This document shows positions 1 to 8,667 of a stretch of DNA of 64,000 bases, in pieces. Position 1 is the first letter of the stretch; every line of letters starts with the position of its first letter. The stretch covers positions 158,719 through 222,718 of the forward strand of contig JACUUF010000001.1 of NCBI GenBank assembly GCA_014859465.1, in the 5' to 3' direction. The translations under genes were made by a program, and so were the position numbers. The stretch comes from Methyloprofundus sp. (lineage in GTDB: Bacteria; Pseudomonadota; Gammaproteobacteria; Methylococcales; Methylomonadaceae). The notes below the pieces were generated by a model. It made no database searches and was not told where the DNA came from. It saw nothing but the letters and a program-made list of their open reading frames with translations.

Positions 1-886
1 CTTTCACGTTTCGACCAGACCTGGTTATATCGCCCTTAGCTGATTTCGACATGTTTCTTACTTTTAAATCCTCAACCACAATCATTGCGTGGTTTTTGCT
101 GATTTCGGTTGAGGATTTGTGTAAGAAGTCTAAACGTGCATTGGCAATACGCTCATGCAGTCGTGTAATGATTTGTTTCTGCTTTTTCCAGTTAGCAGAG
201 AACTTGGCTTTACGCGCCAGCTTACGCTGGGCCAAAGCCAACTTCTTTTCCCACTTCTTAAAGCTGTTTAACGGTTCGATATAACTTCCATCGGATAAGG
301 TTAAAAATCGTTTTACGCCTAAATCAATCCCGACCATTGAAGTTGATTGATGATGTAAAATTGCCGCTTCGTATTCAGTTTGAATCGACACATACCAATA
401 TTTTCCCTTGCGAGAAATCGTCATGTTTTTAACATCACCGATCACTTGGCGGCTATTGCGATACTTCACCCAACCGATTTTAGGTAAAAACACTTTGTTA
501 GACGCTTGCTCCAGCTTAAATCCTTGTGGATAGCGAAAGCTATCACTCAAGCCTTTTTTCTTGAATTTTGGAATCCGTTTTAAAGGCTGTTTTTTATCAA
601 AACCGTCTTTAAAAGCACGCTCAAGATTTTTAAGTGTTTGCTGTAGCGGCTGAGAATGAACGGACTTTAAAAAACCGTATTCCTCCGACTGCTTCCATAA
701 TTTTAACCAAAACGCTAATTCGCCATACCAAAGCATCGGTTGTTTATTTTCAAGTCGTGATAGGTTTAACGCTAAGGCTTTATTCCAAACAAACCGATTG
801 GCACCGGCAAACTCAACCATCTTCTGTGCTTGGTCAGAATTTGGATTGAGTCGGAATTTAAAGGCTTTGAGTATAATCTGCTTCAT
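1..886 (-). CDS. tnpB: TnpB RNA-guided endonuclease (IS200/IS605 family), runs off the window start
   Basis: Manual translation from ATG at 886 gives MKQIILKAFKFRLNP...RFVWNKAL...PKFKKK...VGIDLGVK (RuvC-I)...IVVEDLKV (RuvC-II). It is absent from the ORF track because it has no stop in the window. Confidence 0.93.
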   Translation of the reverse strand, partial: MKQIILKAFKFRLNPNSDQAQKMVEFAGANRFVWNKALALNLSRLENKQPMLWYGELAFWLKLWKQSEEYGFLKSVHSQPLQQTLKNLERAFKDGFDKKQPLKRIPKFKKKGLSDSFRYPQGFKLEQASNKVFLPKIGWVKYRNSRQVIGDVKNMTISRKGKYWYVSIQTEYEAAILHHQSTSMVGIDLGVKRFLTLSDGSYIEPLNSFKKWEKKLALAQRKLARKAKFSANWKKQKQIITRLHERIANARLDFLHKSSTEISKNHAMIVVEDLKVRNMSKSAKGDITRSGRNVK

Positions 887-987
887 GGTTATTGTGATAA
901 CTTGGTTCGCGCTTTTTGCAAGTAAAACAGACTTATACTGTGCGCTTATATCTCCGCCCTGAAGGACGAAGTTTTACGCGCTATTGG
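1..987 (-). mobile_element. TnpB-only (IS1341-like) IS200/IS605 element, left end near 987
   Basis: Subterminal hairpin GCGCTTATATCTCCGCCCTGAAGGACGAAGTTTTACGCGC (942-981). TTAT on the minus strand (991-988) sits just outside as the candidate target tetranucleotide. There is no tnpA between this end and tnpB. Confidence 0.75.
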
Positions 988-1015
988 ATAAAAAATTACG
1001 CAAGCCTTTTCTTAT

Positions 1016-3187
1016 TTAAAACCGGCCCTGGTAACCAATGTAGGCACCCTTATTAAAGTCATTAGCATAAGCCATAGCGGTAAAGTTTTTAGCCATCACG
1101 CTAATATCCAAACCCTTGTTTTCTCTTGAAGAGGTAAACGTTTCCTTAACATTTGTCAGGGTGCCGTTCTGCTCAAGCGATACTGGGCGATTCACCGTTA
1201 AATTAAGATCACTCTCTTCTTGATAGAAAGAGAATCCGAATTTCACATCATTAAGTTGCCCTTGATAGCCGGCTAACAATTTTTGTGTCTGAACACTTTG
1301 ATTCTGAATAAATAATGACCCGTCCTGAACATCATTAATCCACTGCGCTTTAGCAAAAAAGCCTTTTAAATCTGTACCCGCTTCAATCATAGAACTATAC
1401 AAGGCTTCATTTTTATCGAAATTTTTCAACCCATCTTTCATGTATTGGGACGCTTTTAATGATAATAAAGGCGTACCTACCTTAGCCTGAAAACCTAGTC
1501 CGGTTAAGTCATTAATTGAGCCGGTATTAAGTGGGATACTTCCTGACAAGCTGAAGTTTAAGTTCGAACCATTAAACTGATAGCCCATAGCTTGATTATT
1601 TAATTCACCCAGTCCTGAGAAAAGATGACCTGAATCACTCAAAAAAGCCATTTGGCTACCCATTTCAATACGAGCCGAATCCATTGAGTTTTGCCCAAAC
1701 ATGAAACTATGGCCCGGTGCGAAATCAAGTGACTTAACATTATTGCTTAAGTACGAGGCCGTTTGATTGACAGCGCCATTAACTGGGCTCATATATTGTG
1801 CCGAATTGGTTTCAATAACTGTCTCAAAATCACGATTATAAGCATCTACAAACGAGGCAGAATAACTTACTGATTCAAAGCCATAAGGTAATGAAGCTGA
1901 AAGCGAGCTTATCTCATAACTTGCCCCCTCAAATGGCACACTAGCCTCACCAATTGGGCTAAACGCCGCTTCCATGTCAACATGACCTTGACCATGATAA
2001 AAGACATCGTAACCAGCAAAGGTCTGATCAGCCGTTGTTAGCACGATACTAGACATCTCAGGCCCTGTTAAATGATTCCAGCGCTGCTTCATTAAAGCAA
2101 GCGAGCCACTTACAGAAGCCGCCGCACCAGATGTGCCTACGGTAACCCCTCCATCTTGCAGTAGATTCTCACCTGGAGCTAAAACAAAACGATTTTGAAG
2201 CTCTACTCGATCACCAGGATAATCAGAGAAGTCAGCTAAACATACAGTACATTCAGGTTGATCATAATAAGCCGCACCAATAATTAAAACTTTATCTTTG
2301 AAAGTGTAATTGTTTAAAAGAATAGCATCTGAGAAATGCGCGTTATCCACGACTTTTAGACTTAAGTTTTCAGCGTAATTTCCAGCCGACTGAACAAGCA
2401 CATAATCCTTTTGATCGATTGTTTGGAAAACATTCTTAAGGTCTTGCTCATTAACACCCACCTGACTCTCTAACCCATCTCTTACAACAGTAAAGCCGCC
2501 GTAATTAAAAGAAAGATTAACTATCTGAGCTCCATTATTTAAAGACCAGTCCATTCCTTTGAAGATTCCATTTTGACTTGCTCTGCCACTGTACGAAATA
2601 ACTCCGTGTAAGATACTTGCATCTTTAGCAATCCCCTGCTCTTTAGATGCAATAACTTGTGCCATATGATCGCCATGAATGCTACTTCCGCTTACCCCGG
2701 TAAACGGACTGCCTGAATCATCTTCGATTTGAACTTCTTGCAAGCCGTTCCAGGCAAGTGCATAGTTAGCGGCACCAGTCACATCGTAAGTTGCAACACC
2801 TGTTTCATCAGGTAAACCTGAGTCTAATACAGCTACCGTAACCCCGGAGCCAGTAAACCCATTGTTATACCAAGTTTGAATTTTAAGCCGGTCATGCTGG
2901 GTAATGATAACAGGTTCAGGGTCGGCTGGTATGGGAGTAGGATCTTCAAGCACAGGCTCCTCGGTCACCGGATCCTCATTAACCGGATCCTCATTAACCG
3001 GATCTTCAAACACAGGCTCCTCGGTCACAGGATCCTCATAATAAGGTGGATAGGTTAATGACGGATCAAAAGGAACACCTTCATTATAACCATTATTACC
3101 TGGTGACCCGCCATTACTAACGCAACCATGAAGGCCCAATAAAGCGGATGTTAAAATAATTGTTTTTTTGTAAGAATTGATAGCCAT
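1016..3187 (-). CDS. Lipoprotein subtilisin-like (S8) serine protease with C-terminal beta-rich, autotransporter-like domain
   Basis: Lipobox LHGC; triad motifs VAVLDSG, HGDHMA, GTSGAAA; oxyanion SAGN; amphipathic beta-strands ending YQGRF. Confidence 0.88.
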   Translation of the reverse strand: MAINSYKKTIILTSALLGLHGCVSNGGSPGNNGYNEGVPFDPSLTYPPYYEDPVTEEPVFEDPVNEDPVNEDPVTEEPVLEDPTPIPADPEPVIITQHDRLKIQTWYNNGFTGSGVTVAVLDSGLPDETGVATYDVTGAANYALAWNGLQEVQIEDDSGSPFTGVSGSSIHGDHMAQVIASKEQGIAKDASILHGVISYSGRASQNGIFKGMDWSLNNGAQIVNLSFNYGGFTVVRDGLESQVGVNEQDLKNVFQTIDQKDYVLVQSAGNYAENLSLKVVDNAHFSDAILLNNYTFKDKVLIIGAAYYDQPECTVCLADFSDYPGDRVELQNRFVLAPGENLLQDGGVTVGTSGAAASVSGSLALMKQRWNHLTGPEMSSIVLTTADQTFAGYDVFYHGQGHVDMEAAFSPIGEASVPFEGASYEISSLSASLPYGFESVSYSASFVDAYNRDFETVIETNSAQYMSPVNGAVNQTASYLSNNVKSLDFAPGHSFMFGQNSMDSARIEMGSQMAFLSDSGHLFSGLGELNNQAMGYQFNGSNLNFSLSGSIPLNTGSINDLTGLGFQAKVGTPLLSLKASQYMKDGLKNFDKNEALYSSMIEAGTDLKGFFAKAQWINDVQDGSLFIQNQSVQTQKLLAGYQGQLNDVKFGFSFYQEESDLNLTVNRPVSLEQNGTLTNVKETFTSSRENKGLDISVMAKNFTAMAYANDFNKGAYIGYQGRF
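2938..3040 (-). repeat. Intragenic 15-nt tandem repeat encoding a Pro/acidic linker (EDPVT/EEPVF/EDPVN)
   Basis: GGATCCTCATTAACC-type units; protein reads EDPVTEEPVFEDPVNEDPVNEDPVTEEPVLEDP. Confidence 0.9.
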
Positions 3188-3258
3188 GCCGACCTCCTTT
3201 AATTTATGTATAGAATACCATACTAAAAAAACATGGCAACATTTTTTTTCGACTGATT

Positions 3259-4635
3259 TTAACTTTTATTTTCAACCGTTTCACTAACACCCGTCAGAAG
3301 ATCTTCTCGATAGCCATTTAATAATCTTTTTTCATTTATTTTGTTTAAAATCCCTTCAGAATCAACCCATTCATAAAGTGACGATTTAATCAAAGAAGTC
3401 AATTTACTCGAAATAATAATATTATTCTCGTTCGCAAGATCAATAACGAGCGATGCTGCAATGATATTTATAATCGAATTCTCGCTCTGCTCTATTGATT
3501 TAATCAAGGCTTCCTCAGAAAACCCAAAAAGAGTTGACGAACTGTTAACATCTAGGCTAGCAGTTAATTCTTTCTTTATTGCTTGATAAAATGGGCTGGA
3601 CTCATATCCAAACTCAAAAGAGCCACTAAGATCCGAAGTCTCAATAGCGATTCCGCTTGACGGACTCCAGTCTTCCATAAAGGCGTAATAGTCTTCAAGC
3701 TCAAGATAGCCATCATTAACTGAATCTGAGTAGGCGTTAAAAAGAATCTTTCTCAGATCTATCTCATTTAAATTTAAAAAAGGGAATATCTCATTTAGCA
3801 CCCTGCATCCATCTCTTGATTCATTGGATGACTGAAACTGGAGTCCAGAATGGTAAAACTCTTCAAACTCGCCCCTGTACTCATGAACGAAAGCATGATC
3901 TTCAAACTCATCTGATATAGTAACAATAGAATCAAATGATAAATCCGCAATGTCAATTTTAAACTCCAGGTCTTGACCCATTACCTTTTCACGATTCTCT
4001 TTCTCATAAATTGGATTTTCATCGTAAAATTCTGCAAGCATCTCATGCAAAGCTGAAGTAAGCGCACCGTTGCTATTTCGACCAACACGAATAAATTGGT
4101 AATCCTTATCGCAATGATTAATCAAAGATTCTAAATAGTTTTCTTTGGTATTGTCTGGGTTAAACTTTCCTCCGGACGCATTATGATATTCAAACAAAGA
4201 CTCCAAACCAGGCCTTGGTGAGGCGGTAAAAAAAGTAACACCTTCAGACTTTTCAATCTCTGTGCGGTAAACCAATTTAGTTAAACCTGATTTATTATCC
4301 AGTCGTATAGCCAAAGGCTCAACAAAAGAATAATCTTCAACCTCCTTAAGAACATAAGGACTTAGTCTAATATCAAGGCCTTCAATCCCTAAAGATGATC
4401 CCTCTGTAACAAAAAACCTAGCATCATCTGACTTAAAGAAAAATTCTTTTTCATCAAGTGTCACCTTCATATCACCTTCAACAGTGAAGCTGATGAAGGC
4501 ACGACAAGGGTCTTCTCCATTCATAACCGGATAAAGCGTATCTTCATTAATAGGAGACGCATGAACCTCTGTGAAAAATTCCAGCACCTCGGCCGGCACA
4601 TGAAACAATCCCTTGCTCGTTAAATACATAAGCAC
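3259..4635 (-). CDS. Acidic hypothetical protein, paralog of 10038..11327, carries the shared C-terminal motif
   Basis: 458-aa ORF; N-terminal similarity (YLTSKGLFH vs YIETKGMVH; LYPVMN vs LSPVQN). Confidence 0.8.
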   Translation of the reverse strand: MLMYLTSKGLFHVPAEVLEFFTEVHASPINEDTLYPVMNGEDPCRAFISFTVEGDMKVTLDEKEFFFKSDDARFFVTEGSSLGIEGLDIRLSPYVLKEVEDYSFVEPLAIRLDNKSGLTKLVYRTEIEKSEGVTFFTASPRPGLESLFEYHNASGGKFNPDNTKENYLESLINHCDKDYQFIRVGRNSNGALTSALHEMLAEFYDENPIYEKENREKVMGQDLEFKIDIADLSFDSIVTISDEFEDHAFVHEYRGEFEEFYHSGLQFQSSNESRDGCRVLNEIFPFLNLNEIDLRKILFNAYSDSVNDGYLELEDYYAFMEDWSPSSGIAIETSDLSGSFEFGYESSPFYQAIKKELTASLDVNSSSTLFGFSEEALIKSIEQSENSIINIIAASLVIDLANENNIIISSKLTSLIKSSLYEWVDSEGILNKINEKRLLNGYREDLLTGVSETVENKS

Positions 4636-4657
4636 CCCATAATACTATTTGAAAGAC

Positions 4658-4921
4658 CTACTCGTTCCCGCCCCATATGTTTTGTTCAAAACGTCTGACA
4701 CAGTTTTTATAACCGTTTTCATTTAGCCAGTTATTCGACCAAGACTGAACATAGTCAAAGATAGAAACATCATCTTTTTGATATTCGATAGGAATATCTT
4801 CCTTTGAAAAAACTCGCTCATTTAACTGCTCAATAGAAATGTCACTCATTAAATCGATTGTTAAAATAGCGCTACCATCAAAACGATCTAAAACAATAGA
4901 AACTTCAACTTCTTTCACCAC
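4658..4921 (-). CDS. Hypothetical protein
   Basis: 87-aa ORF in an operon-like run with an upstream GAGG-type RBS. Confidence 0.6.
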   Translation of the reverse strand: MVKEVEVSIVLDRFDGSAILTIDLMSDISIEQLNERVFSKEDIPIEYQKDDVSIFDYVQSWSNNWLNENGYKNCVRRFEQNIWGGNE

Positions 4922-4933
4922 GACAAAACCCTC

Positions 4934-5500
4934 TCAATCATTGCAAATACTAAATACCGAACCCTCACCTGATATAGATGATATGTAATCCTTATAACTT
5001 GATTTACTCAAATTCATCTCAACCAATCCATGACTGGTTAAAGGGAATCGACCCTCATAGTCACCGTCTTCAGAAACAATTCTGCTCGGCATTTTTACCT
5101 GGTCATAGGGTCGAGAACTGTCACCCTGAACACCCCACCGGATTCCAGGGCCTTCCGAGCTTTCTATTGATTTCAAAATCACCGGCATCGAAACATACCC
5201 CATTTCTTTGAGCGCTTGAGCCCTATGTCGACCTTCGTGACCAATGATAAATGCCATTCCTTCTCCATCATGTACAAACTTTAGAAAAGGCAGATCAGAA
5301 AATCCAGCGCCACTAGAGACAACTGTCTTTAGCTCACTTATAACGCTTTCATCTAGACCGCCTTCTTGCTTTTTTGCAAGTATAAGAAAGTCATCTAAAT
5401 CAAGGTTAATGCATGTTTCTCTTGACAGGCGTGAGGATATTAACCGCTCCATATAGGACACAGCTTCATCTGAAAAAAGATTTAATCCTTTTAGAGTCAT
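4934..5500 (-). CDS. ParB/Srx-like domain protein
   Basis: IIGHEGRHRAQALKEMGYVSMPVIL matches the ParB/sulfiredoxin GxHR core. Confidence 0.7.
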   Translation of the reverse strand: MTLKGLNLFSDEAVSYMERLISSRLSRETCINLDLDDFLILAKKQEGGLDESVISELKTVVSSGAGFSDLPFLKFVHDGEGMAFIIGHEGRHRAQALKEMGYVSMPVILKSIESSEGPGIRWGVQGDSSRPYDQVKMPSRIVSEDGDYEGRFPLTSHGLVEMNLSKSSYKDYISSISGEGSVFSICND

Positions 5501-5554
5501 AGTTTTATCAGTCCGTAATTCCTAAAATTGGTTATCAATATTTTAACATAGGTA

Positions 5555-5583
5555 TTGACATATAGTTTACTTGAATATATAGT
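5555..5583 (+). promoter_or_regulatory. Sigma70 promoter for the tmRNA gene
   Basis: TTGACA (5555-5560), 17-bp spacer, TATAGT (5578-5583). Confidence 0.8.
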
Positions 5584-5589
5584 AGATAG

Positions 5590-5911
5590 TATTGTTTTAA
5601 GCATAAAGAATCGATGAAGCTGTAGCATTAGAACTTCTGGACGGCGGTTCGAATCCGCCCTGCTCCACCAGGTTTCACTTTTACAAAAGGTGCAAGCTGA
5701 GGGGGCAGTACTTGGTTTCGACAGGGGTTTGAACCTACAGTGGAGATAGTCAGATAAGACTTGAAAATCAAAAACGTAAATATAAATGCAAACGATAATA
5801 ACTTTGCTCAGGCTCGTTTCGCTGCTTAATCGCAGTTAAACACTGGAGACTGGGGGCCGAGTAGATTTACCTCTACTCATTTAGGGGAATGGCCTTGCAA
5901 CAGAACCCCTT
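5590..5911 (+). ncRNA. ssrA: Circularly permuted (two-piece) tmRNA
   Basis: T-arm GGCGG-TTCGAAT-CCGCC plus CTGCTCC-ACCA (5643-5670) precedes the 5' acceptor strand GGGGCAG (5702-5708), giving G3.U70. Helix-2 pairings are CAGGGGTTT/GAACTTCTG and CTACAG/CTGTAG. The tag frame 5788-5829 reads ANDNNFAQARFAA*. Outer ends are approximate. Confidence 0.95.
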
Positions 5912-5996
5912 GCTAATTCAAATAAAAGATTAGTCATCTTTTTCCCTTATCCTAGAGCGTAGTGATAGACAGGTGAAGTCTGAAAACACATCGTCG

Positions 5997-6026
5997 ACCA
6001 GGTCTTTATAAAGTGCCTGGTTTTTT
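5997..6026 (+). terminator. Intrinsic terminator downstream of tmRNA
   Basis: ACCAGG...CCTGGT hairpin followed by a T run. Confidence 0.7.
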
Positions 6027-6100
6027 GCTTTAAGGGTCTTAAAAAAGATCTTCATGTTAAAATATATGTAAGAGTAATAACGCAAAAGGAATTAAGAATA

Positions 6101-6598
6101 GTGTCTAAACTTTTAAAAAATCTATTAATGGTTGACGTCGTTGGAAACTACATTAGAGCCGGGGAGATGACTCACCCTGTTCATACTCTTAATCCGCATT
6201 CGGTAAAATTCCCTGTTTACCAAAGCGAGGAAAATAGTCAAGTTGGAACCATTAGCCGCTTTAGATACAAAAGGTCTATAGGGTCGATCTATGCCCTCAG
6301 GATATCCGGAACTGAAAAAAACATGGCCATCTCAGAGGAGGCGAAAAATAAGCTTGAAAAAAAATTAAGCTCATTAGATCATGCCGGGATAAAAATTGAA
6401 ATCATCAAAGGCTCAAACCTCCTATTGATAGGTGATTATGACGGATCAAGCGAGCAAGAATCTGATTATCTTGAGGCTAGAACGACCATTAACATGATGA
6501 TCATGGCCGAAAGACAGGAGGCTTACTTAAGAGCCTTAAAAGAAGCCGCTTTGCTTACCAAGGAATATGCTCTTAATCAAAAAGCGGCCAAACCTTAA
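6101..6598 (+). CDS. Hypothetical protein
   Basis: 165-aa ORF with AAGGA RBS. Confidence 0.65.
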   Translation: MSKLLKNLLMVDVVGNYIRAGEMTHPVHTLNPHSVKFPVYQSEENSQVGTISRFRYKRSIGSIYALRISGTEKNMAISEEAKNKLEKKLSSLDHAGIKIEIIKGSNLLLIGDYDGSSEQESDYLEARTTINMMIMAERQEAYLRALKEAALLTKEYALNQKAAKP

Positions 6599-6905
6599 TC
6601 CTGTCTCTTCGAATATTTTTAAGCAATGGCTGATTAGAACTCTCTAAAAGGCCTTTTTCCACGAAAACCTTGTCAGACCTGATTGATTTAATCAGCTTCA
6701 AAAAAAAGTCTTTATCAGACCGGTTATTGCAACTAAAGCAAAGATCAATATCAGAAAAGCTATTGAAGTCTCCTCTCGCCAGGGAACCGAAAAGATAAAC
6801 TTCAGCATCCACTGCCTTTGGAATAAGAATCGCTAAGGAAGACTCAAGCTCAGATATTCTTTCTTTTCTAAGAGCTATTCTATCTTCTAGTAATCGAGAA
6901 ACCAC
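6573..6905 (-). CDS. Minimal nucleotidyltransferase (MNT/MntA-like)
   Basis: VYLFGSLARGDFNSFSDIDL (GSx10DxD), 110 aa. Confidence 0.88.
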   Translation of the reverse strand: MVSRLLEDRIALRKERISELESSLAILIPKAVDAEVYLFGSLARGDFNSFSDIDLCFSCNNRSDKDFFLKLIKSIRSDKVFVEKGLLESSNQPLLKNIRRDRIKVWPLFD

Positions 6906-6916
6906 GCATCACCTCA

Positions 6917-7105
6917 TTAAAAAACAATCTGACTAAGTGACCCTAGATTCTTTAAGGAATCTGAGAACGAGGATAAGTTAAGCCTTGCGTTATTATTAAC
7001 TTGAAGTTTTTCACCTTTTGAATTTTTGATCAAGGCCGATCGTGGAGTTAAGTGGCCAAGCTTTGTTGAGCCCAATCTTCTTGTCGCTGTTTTTTCTTTT
7101 TTCAT
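6917..7105 (-). CDS. Small basic hypothetical protein upstream of MNT
   Basis: 62-aa ORF ending 11 nt before the MNT start. Confidence 0.4.
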   Translation of the reverse strand: MKKEKTATRRLGSTKLGHLTPRSALIKNSKGEKLQVNNNARLNLSSFSDSLKNLGSLSQIVF

Positions 7106-7141
7106 AAAATTTCACACAAATATAATTATAAATTTAAATTG

Positions 7142-7174
7142 AAAAAAAAGACCTCAATCAAATGAGGTCTTTTT
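7142..7174. terminator. Bidirectional intrinsic terminator
   Basis: AAAAAAAAGACCTCA-ATCAAA-TGAGGTCTTTTT. Confidence 0.7.
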
Positions 7175-7211
7175 GTTTATCTGTACAATATATAGTAAAT
7201 TGAAAAGACCG

Positions 7212-7907
7212 TCAAGCCATTCCTGTTCTGAATTCATTTTCATCCTGCAAAGGCTTGTTGTACATCTCATCAATATAGAAAACTTCATCCAAATGTGTTT
7301 TATATCTCTCAATAGTCTTCTGTTCAACAGCCGATCTAAGCTCCCTACTTCCAATTTCATTGGCCAAGCGCTGTGCAAAGTCAGAGTCATTATGATCAAT
7401 CAACCGGTCAATTAAAGTTAAAAATGTATCCATACTTACTTCAACTTTCGCTAAATTTTGAACTCTTCGCTCTAAGTATTCCATTCTTGAGTTATCAAAT
7501 CGAGAAATCGTAACATTGCGACCCTGGTCTTTAAGGTAGTTAAACGCAGAACTTAAAGAAGGGTTATCTTTCAGTAAATCCAAAACAGAATCGTTGATAA
7601 TATTTTGAATTTCTTCCAGGTCAACAGTATCTTCATCAATGACATACTCGGCCGCATTTTTTAGTATTGGGCATGACGCTGGCTTGCTTAGCTCTCGTTC
7701 AAACTCTTTATCATCAACAGAAAAAACCGGCCCTTCCAGGCTAGAATTAAAGTTCAAACCCAGAATATAGCTTGGAAGATGTTGACTCAAAAAAGAAATG
7801 CAAAAAGGCTCGCGCCAGTCATTCTCTCTGCTATCTAATTGAGACTCTAAAATACTATGGCCTATTTTCACTCTCGGTCTCCATTTCTCCATCCGATGAA
7901 ATCTCAT
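7212..7907 (-). CDS. Hypothetical protein with the shared C-terminal motif
   Basis: 231-aa ORF (true start probably further downstream); EQKTIERYKTHLDEVF near the C-terminus. Confidence 0.7.
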   Translation of the reverse strand: MRFHRMEKWRPRVKIGHSILESQLDSRENDWREPFCISFLSQHLPSYILGLNFNSSLEGPVFSVDDKEFERELSKPASCPILKNAAEYVIDEDTVDLEEIQNIINDSVLDLLKDNPSLSSAFNYLKDQGRNVTISRFDNSRMEYLERRVQNLAKVEVSMDTFLTLIDRLIDHNDSDFAQRLANEIGSRELRSAVEQKTIERYKTHLDEVFYIDEMYNKPLQDENEFRTGMA

Positions 7908-8532
7908 TCATATAATCTTTTCTTGCGCTGGCCTGTGTGCAATGAAGACCTTCCAAGGACTCCTTGCTAGATCTGACTACCACGGGCACATCCTGAATAT
8001 TAAAACCCGGACTCTCTCCTACGCCGTTCATGTAGGCATAACTAATCATTCCTCTGACCCCGTCAGGCTGGAAAAAGCCTACTAGGCCGCCATTATCAAG
8101 CTCGTTAGCGGCATGCCAAATAGCCCAAAGTGGGTTGTTATCTACTGACCCAAGATAAGCCAAGCCTTTACCAGTATGATACTTCCCGACCACAAAAGCC
8201 TGGTCAAGGATGTGTTCAAATTTTACATCCCCTATATCTGAAGCCACACCGTATTCAAAGCCAAGTTCTTTATCACGAACGATAACCCTATCAATAACAC
8301 CAAGTGTTAAATAAAATTCAATCTCAACCTCTCGTGGATCGGATTGAAAATCAGGCTCGCCGTCATCGACGAGCACTCCTTCGGCTACTACTTTATTTTC
8401 ACTGTTCGACACAATGCCAAGCTTGCCCTCAAACTTCGAGCCTACTAGATCGATTCGACTTAAAGCCTTCATCATGTACCAATGGCTTAATTTTGTAATA
8501 TCTTCTCTAAACTCTTCCAAGGACTGGCTCAT
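7855..8532 (-). CDS. Hypothetical protein
   Basis: 225-aa ORF with AGAGGA RBS. Confidence 0.7.
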   Translation of the reverse strand: MSQSLEEFREDITKLSHWYMMKALSRIDLVGSKFEGKLGIVSNSENKVVAEGVLVDDGEPDFQSDPREVEIEFYLTLGVIDRVIVRDKELGFEYGVASDIGDVKFEHILDQAFVVGKYHTGKGLAYLGSVDNNPLWAIWHAANELDNGGLVGFFQPDGVRGMISYAYMNGVGESPGFNIQDVPVVVRSSKESLEGLHCTQASARKDYMNEISSDGEMETESENRP

Positions 8533-8667
8533 CTCAAAAATCCTCTAGTTTTCTTCATTATGTATATTTTACCATACCGATTGCACGCTATCTCTTGAGT
8601 AAAACTAAACTTTAATATAATATAGCATTCGAAATATAATGTTTTTAATGAAAAAAAGGATTAATAA

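Noticed and set aside
51-849. Plus-strand ORFs 51..284 and 634..849
   Set aside because: Antisense shadows of tnpB.
2938-3040. Repeat array as a non-coding element
   Set aside because: In-frame 15-nt units encoding a linker within the protease.
5640-5670. tRNA-Ala gene or attachment-site fragment
   Set aside because: There is no anticodon arm. The matching acceptor strand and tag frame lie downstream, so it is part of a permuted tmRNA.
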